Shown: positions 1-15,000 of the stretch, one piece after another
Position numbering within the stretch: the stretch's first letter is position 1
How the letters are laid out: each line of letters begins with the position of its first letter
Assembly (NCBI RefSeq): GCF_028641065.1
Contig: NC_073402.1
Span: forward strand, 21,948,001 to 22,012,000
Reading direction: 5' to 3'
From: Leucoraja erinacea
Lineage: Eukaryota
Length of the DNA stretch: 64,000 bases
The notes under the pieces: model-generated
What the model saw: only the letters and a program-made list of their open reading frames with translations
What the model was told of the DNA's origin: nothing
Database searches by the model: none
Made by a program: the position numbers and the translations under genes

Positions 1-18
1 CTCCCATATGACAGCTCC
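1..18 (-). CDS. PDIA6: PDIA6 exon 12, partial (RELSYGR...)
   Basis: ttttccgcag acceptor followed by G GAG CTG TCA TAT GGG AG. Confidence 0.9.
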
Positions 19-3000
19 CTGCGGAAAAGTGAAAGTTTAGTTTTTCGGTCATTTAATTGAAATTAAAAATAAAACAAGTATATCAATAAGAAAACCATAT
101 GTAGAGCTTTTGAGAATCATCTAAGAACTGGAACATTAAATACACATACATACAAACAACATTATCAAGGACCCAAATCTGAATAAAAGTAACTGTGAAA
201 TGATTGTTGCTATAGACAAAATGGATTCCTTTTCAGAAAATAACATCAAACATCTCAAATAGCTAAATAAAGTGCAATAAATAAATAACAAGTAATTTTA
301 AACGTTATAAAAGCAAGCTCAATAAGGGTATGTCCACAGAAATTCCGATTGGAAATTTATTAGGTATACAAACTGTTATTTATGAGAGTCTTGAAAAGGA
401 GTTTTTCCAGCAGCATTCATTTAATAGAAAACGTGACAAAAGCTTTGCTGGAGTGGCAATTCCTCACCCATTATCAAAGCCTCTTTCCTGGAATTGACAA
501 TTCAATAGCCAAAATATTCAACATGACTTGGTTCAGCTCAGCAAGCAAACAGAATTTACACAAATTTCAACATTGTTATTATACTGATTTACCTAAGAAA
601 CTCGTTGATGCCCTGTTCACTAAAGGAGCCCTTCAGCAGAGCGTACTTCATTTTTCTGGCATTAATTGCAGCCATAGCTGGGTAACCAAACCCACCAATA
701 CCCAAACAATCTTCAAGTTCTGTCTGCGCACCTCCCTCAGTCCACAGCCAACTAAATAAAGGAAAAAAAAAAATCATGAAAAAAATAGCAAACTTAAATG
801 TCAAGCAATTTTATCCAACATATTGCAAAACAGCACAGGAGATGTGAAAAGCAGCCATTAGTTTCCAGCACTGGAAGCCCCTGGTGGCTTATAAAAGGCG
901 GGCAGACACTGGAAGAGCAGCCAATTTAGAGTAGCTGTTTTTGACACTGCCTGTTATTGAGGGCAAGTGTGGAGGCAAGTCCAGATGCCTTGTTGAGGAG
1001 ATCAAGGGGAAAGAAAGTAAGGTTGTGTTTTTAAACACTCCTCCTTAGTCTTTGTGCATTCAGGGTGGAAGTTAAGGCAGTGAATCTTCCATTGTTCCAG
1101 ATGACTAGACCGTGGGATGTGTCCAACTGCATCTCCTGGCTGATGCCAGGAAGGAACTGGAGGTGCATACCCCAGGATCATCTCAGACATAATCATACCC
1201 ACAGGCAGAAAATAGCTGGGGACCACCTGGAAGGCAAAAGTAGGCGGAGTGCAAGAATTCCCTATGCCCATTTCACTTTGAGAATACAATTTTAGATAAT
1301 ATCAGAGGGGGGGAAGAGATGGCCAATAAGGAGCAAGTGGCAGGCATCAAGACTGGGTTGGAGGCACAACGGGGAAAGATAAAGTCAGACAGGGTTATAC
1401 CAATTGGAGACTTGGTAGGGGGACAGACGGGAGATTTTCTGGTTGCAAATGAGACTCAAGTAGAGTGTGCTGCCTCCTTGGTACCAGGATTGAGGATGTC
1501 TCTGAGTGGCTAGAGCCTTCTCGGGGAGTGTGGAAGGTGAGCCATGTTGTTTTGTGCACTGGCACAAATGAGATGGGTAGAAATGGGATGAGGTCAGGAA
1601 AAAAAATGTGAGGATGTTACCAGGACACAAGTGACTGTGATATAGGGAAACATTGGGCTGGCTTCGACTTTATTCCTTAGAGCACAGGAAATTGAGAGGT
1701 GGCCTTACAGAGGTGTATAAAATCTCATGGGCATAGATGAATGCACACACACGTCTTTACCCCACCCCCCCCGTCAGTAAATTAAGAACTAGAGGGCATA
1801 GGTTTAAGATGAGAGGGGAAGATCAGAAAGGAGTCAGAGAGGTTTATTTTTCTATTCAGAGGATGGTACATATTTGGAATGAGGTGACAGAGGATGTAGT
1901 CGAGGCAGGTATAACAACATTTAAAATAACATTTGGACAGGTATATGGATAGGAAAAGATTTTAATGGGATATAAAGATCAAACAAGTAAGTGCGTCTAG
2001 CTTATATGGCATCTTGGTCTGCAGTGACAAGTTAGTTCATGTTTCCATGTTGTGTGTTTACATGACTATAGCTTACCACGTGTGCAGCCTGAATATTTGT
2101 ACAAAAAAAAACATTTAACACATTATTATCCATGAATGAATTTGCTATCTCGATATTTGTTGCATTATTCAAATATTTCTGAACAAGGTTATTTACCCCC
2201 AGAACTTCTTCTTGTATTTGTTGGCCATAGCCTTCATAATGTTCAAATAATCATTCCTCCCATTAGCCCCTGTGAAAAGATAAAGCAGACAATTGGTCAA
2301 GTACACAACAATTATTGGATTCAATGTTGCAAGTATTTTGTTGAAAAGGATGAAAGGGTTTTTTAAAGTGAGCCAATAAATTAAGCAATGGGGAGAAATG
2401 GTCTAAGCCAAATGAGTTGATTACAGAGATATTGAAGGATAAACAATCCCCCCTGTACAGAATAAATCCATCACTCTTTGAAAGTGTAATGGGGTCTTTT
2501 AACTTTTCCTCTGACTGAACCTCAGCACCCCTCACTATTATCAGACTAGATTTGAAGACATACTGGAATCCACAATTATTCTTTCCTTTTCAGAAAATGG
2601 GGTGCTTCTTAGGAGCTAAACCCAACACTTAAGTACCTAAATCCAGGCATGAGACAGGAAAAAAATGAAAAAAAGAGGAAGTTGGCAGTCCAGGGGGCAG
2701 CGCCCCCTTAATGCAGCAAATTTTTGATAATGATACCTAGAAATGACACAATTTCCTTGCTTGTTTACCCTTAATTTATACTGTAATTTAAAAACATTAT
2801 GTTTTCTCAAGATATATTTTTTTTAATTATACCTTACAATAACACATTGAATCAGGTAATTTTTTTTTGTTGTAAAAACAGGTTCTTGAATGCTTTTGTT
2901 TTTCAAATGAAAGAAAATATTTTAAACTGAAACAAGTCATATACTAGATGGATGCAATGTGTTCCCATTATTTTTCATAGGTTTGCCAAGTTGTGATAGA

Positions 3001-6000
3001 CTTCCTTTTTGCACAACATGTGCTTCTAACATAAGTGGGGGGGGGGGGGGGGGGGGGAAGAGTTGTACCAGGGGAGTGGGGGGGGGGGAGGAGAAGAGTT
3101 GTACCATGGGAGGGGGTAAGGGGAGAGTAATGCGAGGAGGGGGGGGGGGGGGGGGGGGGGGGGTTAAGGGGAGAGTTGTACCAGGGGAGGGTGTGGGGGG
3201 GGGGGGGGGGGGAGAGATAAGGGGAGCATTGTCCCAGGAGAGGGAGTTGGGGGGAAAGAGTTGTACCATGGAAAGGTGTAAGGGGAGAATTATATCAGGA
3301 GAGTGGGGGTTGAGGGGAGAGTTATAGTAGGGGAGGAATAGAGAATGGGGGAGAGGGGAATGAGCATATATGTGCTCAATGGAGGGGGAGGGGGTAGAGT
3401 TGAGCCAACGGGGGGGGGGATGGGGGAAAGAGCAGCAGCAGCAGTGGCGGCTACTGCTTGCCACCCAGATTGGGGCCCTGGTTGAGGGTGAACCCTCCCT
3501 CCTCCCTGCGGTCCCGGTGCCATGCTGGGTCTGCTTCCCTTCCGCCGTCGCCACCATTTACCTCAGCCACTCTCCTGCCAGCGGCGCCATCGTGGCCCAG
3601 CTCGAGCTGACGCGAACGCTGACGACGACGCCAGACGTCGTGACGCTGGAGAGAGGCAGACGTTGTGACGCTAAAGCGGAAGGCCATTGAAAGCGGAAAT
3701 TGACAGAAATTTTTTTTAACCGATTTTTCTTTTATTTAGTTTTACCCAATAATCAAAACCCGCGGATTTCCGCGGAGAAATCTCATGCCTGCTAAATCAC
3801 AACATGGCAGGCAGTGACAAACCAGTTCAACTATTTGTCGTATACTCCATCAACATAAAATAGTACGAACAGCTAATGCTCACCAGTATCCAAGATATGT
3901 GGTAATACAGCAACAACACATAGTTGATGATCATCACATGTCTTCTTTAGTACATCCCCATCAGTAATCTATTTTGAAACAATGAGATAATTTGTTATTG
4001 CCCATGAATATATTTCAACACAACTGCCCATTTTACAAATGACTAGGAATTCAAAGATGGATAACACTTTTGAATGGCTTGTATTTCAGTAATATCTTAG
4101 GTGTTCCACTTTTTCTTAATGGTCGATATGGTCTTTGTTTCTATATGAAAGAAAACAGTTGTACTCATTTTCCAATCCACTCCTTACCTCTTGCAGTTCT
4201 GGAGCTGGGGAACTTTCAGCAAACATCTCAAGAGCACGAGCAACAAAATCACTTTTTGATCTTCCACCTTCATAGTCAACTGGGGCATCTTCATCTTTGT
4301 GAAATATCTTAATGGAGGGGTAGCCACGAACCTGCAGGCAGAAATCAAAATAGCTTTTGTTAGTGCATGTTCTTAATGTTAAACATTACTTTAGATTAAA
4401 AAGTCAAAAGGTTGGGACACGAATGAGATAGCCGCACTTTTCTTAAAATGAAACAATGGGAAACAAATACAAAAACAACTTTTTGGTGTGTCATGCATTT
4501 TTACAGACATATTTTCCTGAGCATTTGTAAAACAGCTGAATATTTACAGTGCGTTTATTAATAAGTTCAATTATAAAGTAAACCAGTTTACTGGTACCAA
4601 AATAAGCATTGCTTTGGTTCTTAAAAAGTTTAAAACATTAATACTTGTTTCAGTTAGAATTTCAAATTATAAAAACATTAGTGTACTGTGACCCCAGAGC
4701 TTCTAATCACTTACCCCATATCGACCAGCCAACATCTGATTAGCTGTGGCATCCACTGCAGCCAATTTCACCTTCCCACCTGTCTGCTCATTGATCTCAA
4801 TGGCTGCCTCTGCCCACTCTGGTTCTAACCTTTAGAAAACCAAGTACACATTTATTGAAGTTAATAAAAGCATTTAAAAAAAAAAAAAAGCATTGTGCAT
4901 TGATCACTTCACTGTATTTTGTATGTAATTATTCACCGCATTTGCTAACCAAATCATGAAGTGCTATAAAAACAAGGAATACAGCAAACCCTCACAATGA
5001 CTGACCACGGGTGTGGGGGACCCGCAGAGTCGCCCGCCCCACATGTAGTGCGCCACGGATGGATCCAGTACTCGCATCGCCTTCATGCTGCTTGCTCTCT
5101 TTGCTCCAGCTCATCAACAAAGAAACTGACAAGTTACTAGAGAACCTGCGTAACTGGCTGAAGTGTGGGGGGGGGGGGGGGGGGGTGGTGTGTGTGTGCG
5201 TGTGCGTGTGTGTGTGTGTGGCGCGTGGGGAGGGTCATAGGGCAAGGGGTCCGCTATAACCAAAACCCACTACGAGTCCATTATTGAAGGGCTTTACTCT
5301 ACACAGAAAGTTTTTAGAGACCCACACCATATTTTATTATACCATTGTCTCATCAAAGATTTCTAATCAGCCACATGTAAACACAGGCAAATGAATCAAT
5401 TGTCCATTCATTCATTATAGAGATAAATGTACTTCACCATCCACTGGACATTTTGCGATAATTGACAAACAGTACATTTCACTAATGTATAAAAATTGAA
5501 TATGTACAGTGATTTTGCACCAGTGGCTTAACACCCAAATGCTCAATATTGCAGATGGCATTTCACTCACAGCTTCCACCCTAATTTAGACATTCCCTTT
5601 GTTCTCTTCTTTCTCTTAACTAACACGTTCTTAATCTATAATACTAATGTTATTCGTCGCACCAGATGCTACCTGCACTGCTGAGGAATTCCATCATTTT
5701 GTGATTAAGGAAAAACATAAATCTATTTTACTCACTAAAAATGCAATTAGCTAGATATAGATTAGAATTTACCAACTGATGCGAGCAGCTAGCATGCTGG
5801 GAAATAATGTGACAGAAGATAGCACGTGGAGAGGGGTTGCAACTGTTTTGCTTTGGTTTAAGTTTAAATTGCAAAGGAAAGCACATACAAGTATACAAGC
5901 ATTAATTGTACACCTCAGAACAAATTAATGAGAGTTTCTCAATTTATTCTCACACTCAGAAGTGTTTTACTTTGGCACTCCTTCATTCTGCATTTTCAAC

Positions 6001-9000
6001 AATTAACTATTCTTTTGAATTATCTTGGCCTAACTTTACCAGATGCCATAATTAACATCGTTTGTTTTATGAAGGGTTTCTCCTGCAATCTTCTCAATGT
6101 TTTTGGCACATTGGTTCCTTGTTGAAATGCAGTCTCATGGGTGGAAACTGATTTATTGAAATTAACCTGTGGATATTCTTGTGATGAGAATCAAGTATTG
6201 GGAGGCTCTTCAATGCAGGAAAAATTAAATACAAGGTAGATATACAATATCTGTAGATCTCTTCACCAATTTAGACGAATATCCAAGGTATTAGATTAGT
6301 GATTTTAACTGAGAAATACCAAAAAAACAGATTTTGGAAATAAAACCAATTAATGTGATATTGTGCATGGAATTATATATTGTACATGTGATATTGTACA
6401 CATGAATTACATTTCATGTAACTGATGCTCACATTTCTGGGAAAGGCATTTCATGGTGCATGATCAAACCTGAATAATTTACTGATGTTTCTTTAGTATC
6501 CACATGCTTGCCACCTTCAACACAAAATGACCCTAATTGAATGCAAAGATTCCATCAGATTTCACGGTTTCAGTTTTCACAGCCACAATACATCAAACAC
6601 ATTTCTCCCAAGTATATGATGATCTGAGAAATTTACCTCTTACAGTGTCCGCACCAGGGTGCATAGAACTCCACCATCCAAATGTCACTGCTCCCGATAA
6701 CATTTGCGTCAAAGGTATCATCCGTCAGCTCAATCACAGCCTTTTTATCAGATTTACTATCACTGCTCTGTAATCAGACAATTAAAACTTAAGCATGCAA
6801 AAATTGACACACAGGCACGCTCCTCTCACTTCATCCAGCAAGCCAAATGTAAATTCCAAATAAAGAATGTTCAAGCTCTGTCTCAACTACAGATGATTAC
6901 TAGTACATTTTCCCAGTCTCATTTTCAATTACATTGTACATGTCCCTATACCTCCTCGCACGACTCTGTCCAGGGACCCCGCAAGTCCTTTCAGGTTAGG
7001 CAGAGGTTCACTTGCACCTCCTACAACCTCATCTACTGTTTCCACTGTTCAAGATGTCGACTCTTATACATTGGCGAGACCAAACGTAGACTGGGCAATC
7101 GTTTCGCAGAACACCTTCGCTCAGCCCGCCTGAACCAACCTGAACTCCCGGTCATTTTAATTCTTCCCATTCCTACAGACCTTTCCGCCCTAGGTCTCCT
7201 CCATTGTCAGAGCGAAGCTAAACGCAAATTGGAGGAACAGCATCTTTTTCGCTTGGGCAGCTTATAGCTCAGTGGTATGAATATTGATTTCTCTCACTTC
7301 AGGTAGCCCAGTATCACCTCTCTCTCTCTCTCTCTCCCTCCCACACCCAAGTTGCACTAGCTTCTAGTTTTCACCTTACTAACAGCTAACAATGGCCTGT
7401 TTCCTTTATCATTGTTACTTTTTTGCATATCTTTTATTTATTGTTCTTTATCTATGCACATCATCGTCTATGTCTCTCCTTTCTCTTATCCCTAACCAGT
7501 CTGAAGGGCCTCGACCTGAAACGTCACCCATTCCTTCTCTCCAGAGATGCTGCCTGTCCCGCTGAGATGTCTATTTTTGTGTCTATCTACGGTTTAAACC
7601 AGCATTTGCAATTCCTTCCTACACATTGTACATCTCAATACAAGATAAACATTCATATTAGACACATTTTAAGCAAACTGTAATTATTGAAAGTATTTTT
7701 ATTGGTCTCAACCAAATCCTCAATTTCTCTATGGAATTAATACCAAAACTCAATTATGATTAATGCCTTTGGTTAAGGTTCTCACCGAAAATAATTTACA
7801 TTAATTTGTAAAAGATCTCTCTCCCTCATATGCCACAATAATTATTTTGGAAAGTCCTGGAGAGCAAACAAGGCATAAAAGGTTTGTTCTTTCTTCCTAC
7901 CTGCAGACTTAACTTGCATGCATAAACATCAGAAGGCTAAGATATTATCACTGAAAATTTCTGATTAACATCCCATTTCTACAGCCACTTTGGCCCCAAC
8001 ACAATAGACATGCCCCTTGTTCCCCCGCCCCCCAAATTTCTCCCCTTATCGTCTCCACAACCTAAAAATCTCTCTAAACCGGTTTTGACGAAAAATCTTC
8101 GAAAGCAATTATTTTCTTTCCAAGAGAAGATGCCTGATCTGTTGAGTGTTTCTAGCATTTTTTACTTATGCTACTTGTATGTGTATTGATTGATGCTCAT
8201 TCTTATGCATCTAGTCATCACAGCACGACAGATATCCTGCCTTTCAAACTACTTTAGCTCCTCCACTGCTGACCATAAACAAAATGCTCGTCTGCAGGAT
8301 CCATTGAATATGATGGGCAGTTCATAGATAATGCCACATTTGTATTTGTATATGTACGGAAATATCAGTTACATTTCCAAATCAAATGTCCATTTCTAAG
8401 AGTTATAGATTTTACCTTTTTGCCAGAACCTGAGCCGCTCTTGCCTCCAAGTCTATCCCGGACAATTGACCGCAAAGAGTTAAGAGCCGCGTCAGTGATT
8501 CCTTGAGCAGATCTTGCACCTGTATGTAATTACAATCAACATTAATATCAAAATAATGTTTTTAGATATGAAATTCTAGTTCACCATTTTTTTAAATTTA
8601 ATGCTTTTATAAGATTTTTTTTTTCTTGCCAATTTCCCACAACCCAAATCACAGAAAATATCAAATATGTTATAGTCACCAAATTACTATTAAAACAAAC
8701 AATTTTCTTTGTTTTTGCAATTTGGTTAAGTTACAGCTATAAACCACTACTACAACTACGAGGTGTTGTAGTAGTGATTGGCCATTTAATAGAACAGGAG
8801 GAATAAAACAGTTGTAATAAAAAGTAGGCCCACAAATTAAAATTCTAAAATTGACATGAGAAATTTTGAATGCATTAGACAGACTTAAAGATTGCTGGAA
8901 TGTATGGCATGTGCGAGGCTTTTAAAAGTGAGATAGGACAGCATGTTCCTGGTGGAATGAAATGCAAGGATGATGCAATTTAAAAAAAAAAAAACAGGTT

Positions 9001-12000
9001 GATGAGTGATACTGAAACAAGAGTCAGGAAAAAAGTCTATTGACAGCTGGTGACAAGCAAATCTATTGAGGACAAGAGATAGAGATATATATAGATATAG
9101 ATATAGGTGTATAGATATAGATATATATACACATACATATATACATACATACACTAAAGAGGGAAATTAGGACAAAAAAGGACGAGATAGCTTTGGCAAA
9201 TAAGTTAATCTTAAGAGACCCTACAAGTATATTAAGACCAATGGGGTAACTAGGAAGTTAAAGGTTGATTGCAGTTGTCTATATGTGTGGAGTTGCAGGA
9301 GATGGGCGAGGTATCTCCATTTACCAAGGAGGCTAATGAATTAGGCAAAATTAAGAGTGACGTATTAGAACATATCCACATTACAGAGTTACAGTAGTTG
9401 TCTTGAAGAATGTCAAGGTGGATAAACTCCCAGGGCCTTATCAAGTGCATCCTAGGACTTTGCAGAAAGCCAAGAAAGAAATTACATGGGATCTGGTAGA
9501 GATATTTGCATCATCGTTATGCAAGGACAAGGTGCCAGAACTGTAGGTTGGCTAATGTCTTGTCTGGATTTCAGAATGGCTGCAAGGGCAAGCTAGGGAG
9601 CTACATGCCGTTGTGCCAAATGTCAACAGTGGAAAAGCTATTGGAGGGCATTAGAGGCTGAGGGATGACCTTATAGAGATGACAGGAGGCATAGGTAAAG
9701 TTGATGTTACAGTTTTTCCCCCAGGGTAGAGGAGTCTAAAACTAGAGGGCACAGTTTTAAGTAAGAGGAGAAAATTTCAAAGGGACCCACGGGGCAACTT
9801 TACCTGGGGTGGTGAGTATATGGTTGTTCTAGGAACGCTTACAATTATAGCATTAAGAAAACATTTGGATGGGTTGAAAAGGTTTGGGAGGGATATGGGC
9901 CAAACGTTTAAATAGACATTGTGGTCAACACGGGCAATTCAGGTTTAAGTGCCTGTTACCATGTTGTATGACAACGACGATAATTTCCATACTGAGTTCC
10001 CCATAACTTACCATTATAATCATCGGGTTTATTCTTGTTTAATCCAAAGATCTTTATGGTTGGAAATCCCTGAACACCATACTGCCCACCGAGAGATTGA
10101 TGTTTGTCAGCATCTACCGCTCCAATTTTTACTATTCCCTGCAACATTATAGCAAAGTTACAATTTAGTCCATTCCCAATTTAAATTAAAAATTCAAAAT
10201 TGCAGAGCAAAAAACCGATTCCTACAAAGCATGAAAACATTGTTTGGGACTGCACTATTAAGTAATGTGGAAAAGGAAATTAAGTGGCTTTCAAACCACA
10301 AATGACAAAAATATATATAATTTCAAAATCATAGCATGCTAGCCACAGAACACTAGAACAGTATATTAGTGTTTTTTTCACCAGCTAAAGGGCTGCCCTT
10401 TTGCCCCAATAATTAAATAGTGAATGAAGTAGAATAGAGCAAAGTAAATTAAAGAGCAATAATATACATTGTAACAAATGTTTAGCACACTACCAGGACT
10501 CGTGCAAGATCTTAAACCAGTAACTAGCAACAGCAAATATTATTTTTCCAAAACCCAAAAGCAAATATGATGCATGTTAACAAAGTCAGACTAAAACTAT
10601 ACAAATAATCAAAGCCATTAAGTTCTCATGTGGAATTATATACCAACAAGTACTCAAGGAAAACCAAATGTAAAGTTTTTTTTTAATTAAGTCACACTCA
10701 TCTTTAATTAGGAAAACTAATTTGAAATTACAAACCAATTTAGTTAAACTGCATTAAAATAGTTCACATCTCCCGTTGCGGTCTGTCCTATGCTCCCAAC
10801 TCCCCCTTCCTATAACATCTGTGGGTGCAGGCCCAATTGCGTCCCTCTTGCTCAAGAAATGGCGTCAACTCCGGAAAAACTTCGGTTTACAAGGCCCTTC
10901 CATCTTGACCCCACTGCTTAAAAACCACATCTTTAAACCTTCAAGTACAGACCACGCATTCAAAATCTGGCATAGCAACGGTATCAGTAGTATCAAAAAC
11001 CTATACAAGGATGGCATCTTTTCGTCTTTTGCGGAGCTCTCGTCCAACTATAGCCTCCCAAACTCCCACCTTTTTCGTTTTTTCCAGATTAGGGATTTTG
11101 TGAAGAAGACATTCCCCCATTTCCCAAATCGCCCCCCTGAAACCCTGACCGATACCATCTTAGCTCTAGATCCCAACAGGAAGAAATGCATCTCTGTTTT
11201 GTATAACATGTTAGGGTCGGTTATATTGAAACCTCATACCTCATTAAAAGCTGCGTGGGAGGGTGAGCTGAATACGAAACTAACAGACCAGCAATGGGAC
11301 TCTGTCTTGGATTTGATCCATTCATCCACCATATGTGCCAGTCATGGCCTAATCCAATGCAAAGTCCTTCACAAAGTCCACTACACAAATGCAAGATTAT
11401 CTAGAATTTACCCCGCTGTTAGGGACACCTGCAACAGATGTAATCAATCTCCTGCCAACCATAGCCATATGTTTTGGTCTTGCCCTAAGCTAGCAGCCTT
11501 TTGGAGGAGTGCTTTAGACTTGATAAGCAGAGCCTACGGCCAGACTATTCCTCCAAACCCACTGCCGGCCATTTTCGGTACCCCTCCCAACACCAACCTC
11601 TCTGTTGCGGTGAAACGGGTTCTAGCTTTTACAACCTTGTTAGCCCGGAGACTGATCTTGCTTAACTGGAGGCTCATCTGTCCCCCGACACACACCCGCT
11701 GGATTAAGGAGGTGCTTTACAATTTAAAGCTTGAAAAACTTAGGTTCTCTCTCAAAGGCTCTACCAAGACATTCCTAGATACATGGAACCCTTTCTTGTA
11801 ACTTGTTAACTCCCTCAACTTGTCCCCGGACTCGGAAGAGGACCGAGTGCTCTCCACCATTGTTCTGCTCTACTGCAGCTGCTCTCCCCTTAACTCCCCC
11901 CACCTCCCCACACTTATTTCTTTAATCACTTACTTATTTACTGTTATTAGTGACCCCCTTTTTTATTTATTTATTTATTTTTAAAGTACTTTTTGTTTAG

Positions 12001-15000
12001 TTTATCCTACCATATTTGTGTGGATGTGTATTTGTGCGAGTGTTGTTTGCCCCGTTTGGTTTCGACCTGATTCGGGTGGGTTGAAGGTGGGTAAGGGCAA
12101 GGGCTTTGAGGGTCGCTTACATACTGTTGCACAATTATGCCTTGACTGTCACTGTCTGTTATCATTGTACGTATGCAAATTGCTGTGAAATTCAAATAAA
12201 AAGATTTAAATCAAACTGCATTAAAATACAACCTTCAAGGCTGATGCAGCTTTCTTCCACTCTGGGGCCAAACTCTGACAATGTCCACACCTGAAGGAGA
12301 AAGTATTCTTTAGGAAACTAAGACTTTAAAATATTAAAACTTAAAAATATACAAACAATATGTAATAAGTAATAAGCCATCAGAAGATCTAGTCTTCGAA
12401 GCCCACCAATTTCATTTTTTCTGTACATTAATCAATTTTTAGAAATATTACTCAACCATAAATAATTTCTAAAAATTAGTTTAATTTGAAAGATTTTGCC
12501 TATTTATTGTTCAGAGTTTTTACCTTTATTGCAGTGGATTGGTTAGTGAGTGATTGAGTAAATTTATACCCGACTGGTTAGTTACCTACCTCCCAGTATA
12601 AATCCACTGTACTCAGCAAGTATTCAGTACACTGCAATAATGTAAAAATGGTTGGAAAATAAAGTGAAACCCAAAACGTCACCTATCCATGTTCTCCAGA
12701 GTTGCTGCCTGACCCGTTGAGTTACTCCAGCATGTGTCTTTTTTGATCTCTGCAGTTCCTTACGTCTACAATAATTACAGTGACACAGTGAAATTGGAGC
12801 AGGGTGTAGAATATGTTGCTAAGATGGAAGCAAGTAACCTCCGTTCTAAATGGAAAAGAATGCTCAGATTGCTTCAGTTCAAGCCAGTGACCAATGAAAT
12901 AAACTTGATTGGAAGGACAACAAGTCTGTGGCATGAGAGTATGGTGCTTTAGTCAAGATCCAAGACTATAACGGAATCATGAAAAAGCAGAATTACGATA
13001 GTGCAGTGGTAGAGTTGCTGCACAGCGCCAGAGACCCACGATCCAGACTACCGGGGCTTGTTCGTATGGAGTTTGTACGTTCTCGGCATGACCTGTGTGG
13101 GTTCCCTCCGGGATCTCTGGTTTCCTCCAACACACCAAAGACGTACAAGTTTGTACGTTAACTGGCTCAGCAAAATTGTAAAGTGGCAACAATTAAAACA
13201 ATCTGCCATCTATCTGCAGAATGTACAAGCACTTCCTCAAAGTGCTGATAAACAAAATTATAGTGCATAAATGTTAATACCACAGATCTTTGGACAACAA
13301 TCGGAAGCTGAATCTATCTTCTACACTCTACTACCTGACAGATGTCACAAACATTTTCATGCTTCACTGTCAGCATTCATCACAGCTTCAATCTCCTATC
13401 ATCAAACCTGCCATTTAGAAGTGATCTTTATATTAAGTAAATATGGGGGGGTGGAAAATCTTGCAAATTAATGTATCTGTCATTCTGAATTCGCTCTCTT
13501 GATGACCTCTTCCTTCTCCAGACAGATAAAACTCCAGGTGAATTTGTCTTTCAAAATACGGTTAAAATATTATTGTGCACATCAGATTTAAACAGAGAAG
13601 ATCTGTTCATCCAGTTTCATTTTCAATAAAATGAACTTGATTTATAAGATTAGATGTTACTACAAGAATTAATGCCATTTATTAACATAATTACACTTCC
13701 GAATCCAGTAATGCAGCATTTCTAGGTTTTCGTCAATCACTGCCAAGCATGTTTAATTGATGATCACGCAGAAAGAAATTTGGAAAACAACTTTTACAAC
13801 TGCTATTTTAACATAAGTGTCTATATTTACATCTTGGATTAAAATGCTAGGTTTTTCTATACAAGACTTGTTCCTTGTAAGTTTCTCAATGTGAGAGGCC
13901 ATAAACTAAAATTTAAAAAATACAGGTGGAGTGACCATATAAGTACATAACTGAACTGTAAGGTGATGGGTTTTGTATATTACATGTATTTCACCTCGAC
14001 TTGGTCTATGCAGTTACAGCAGATCCATTTGTTAAGTCGGAGTCTTTGGAACTCACCATGGTGCATAAAACTCCACCAACCATAGTTCATCACTTTGAAT
14101 AACTTCGTTGTTGAAGTCATTTTGGGATAATTCTACAACATCACTCGCCGAGTAAAAAGCATTGACAGTGACAAGCAATGTGCCAAAGATACCTGCAAAG
14201 CAAAACAGAACTTGTGTAACTGAAACAACCTTTACACTTAATTTCAGACCAGAGTAGACAAATGTAATTTTAATTTACATGCATACTCAGTAAAATAAAC
14301 CTTTGCAATAAAATTCAAATACCTGGAATACTCCAGTCGGGCAATGCTTATGCAGAGATAGTTAATATTTTTCACTGATTTGAAACCTCAAAATATGTTA
14401 CTCCCGGGCCCCATGGAATCCAGCCATTAAAGTTTTAGAATGGATCCGAGGCAATCCCACCACCCAAAGTACGATTGAAATTTGGAATGCACTGCTCCAA
14501 GTACTCTCAAAATATTAAGCAGCAACTAGACAAACACCAAGGTCAAGACCCTAATGCACAAAATGCGATTAGTTGAGTGGAACTGTCAGAATGGATATAG
14601 TTGGCAAAAGTGTCTGTTTCTGCACTAGGAATCTTTATTCAGATTGAACTATCTGTAACACTTTGTTGTTGGATTATTGATATTGCTAGAGAGCCACTCA
14701 CGTGTTGCAGTTACTAAACCAATGTCACAACTACACAATAGATTTGTAGGGTACAAAAGAAAGCAAACATCAGGGTAGGCACCTTATAACAGCTGCATTC
14801 AAAACAGATTATGAACATCTTTAACTGGCCATTCCCAAGTATTTAAAAAAAACAACAAAATATCACCAATTAAAATCAGGCATCTTTTCATTATTATAAG
14901 CTGGTTTGAAAGTCACACAATATTGTATTGATAGTACTGCTTAGTTTCAATGGACAATTGTGGGCTCCACCTTTCCTTGGTCATCGGTGCAGAATCCGAT

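Noticed and set aside
2937-3690. Long Pro-rich and Gly-rich ORFs
   Set aside because: Low-complexity translations of G/C runs inside an intronic transposon
4980-5301. Possible Tc1/mariner-type MITE (tacagcaaaccctc ... gggctttactcta)
   Set aside because: TIR match too weak for a confident call
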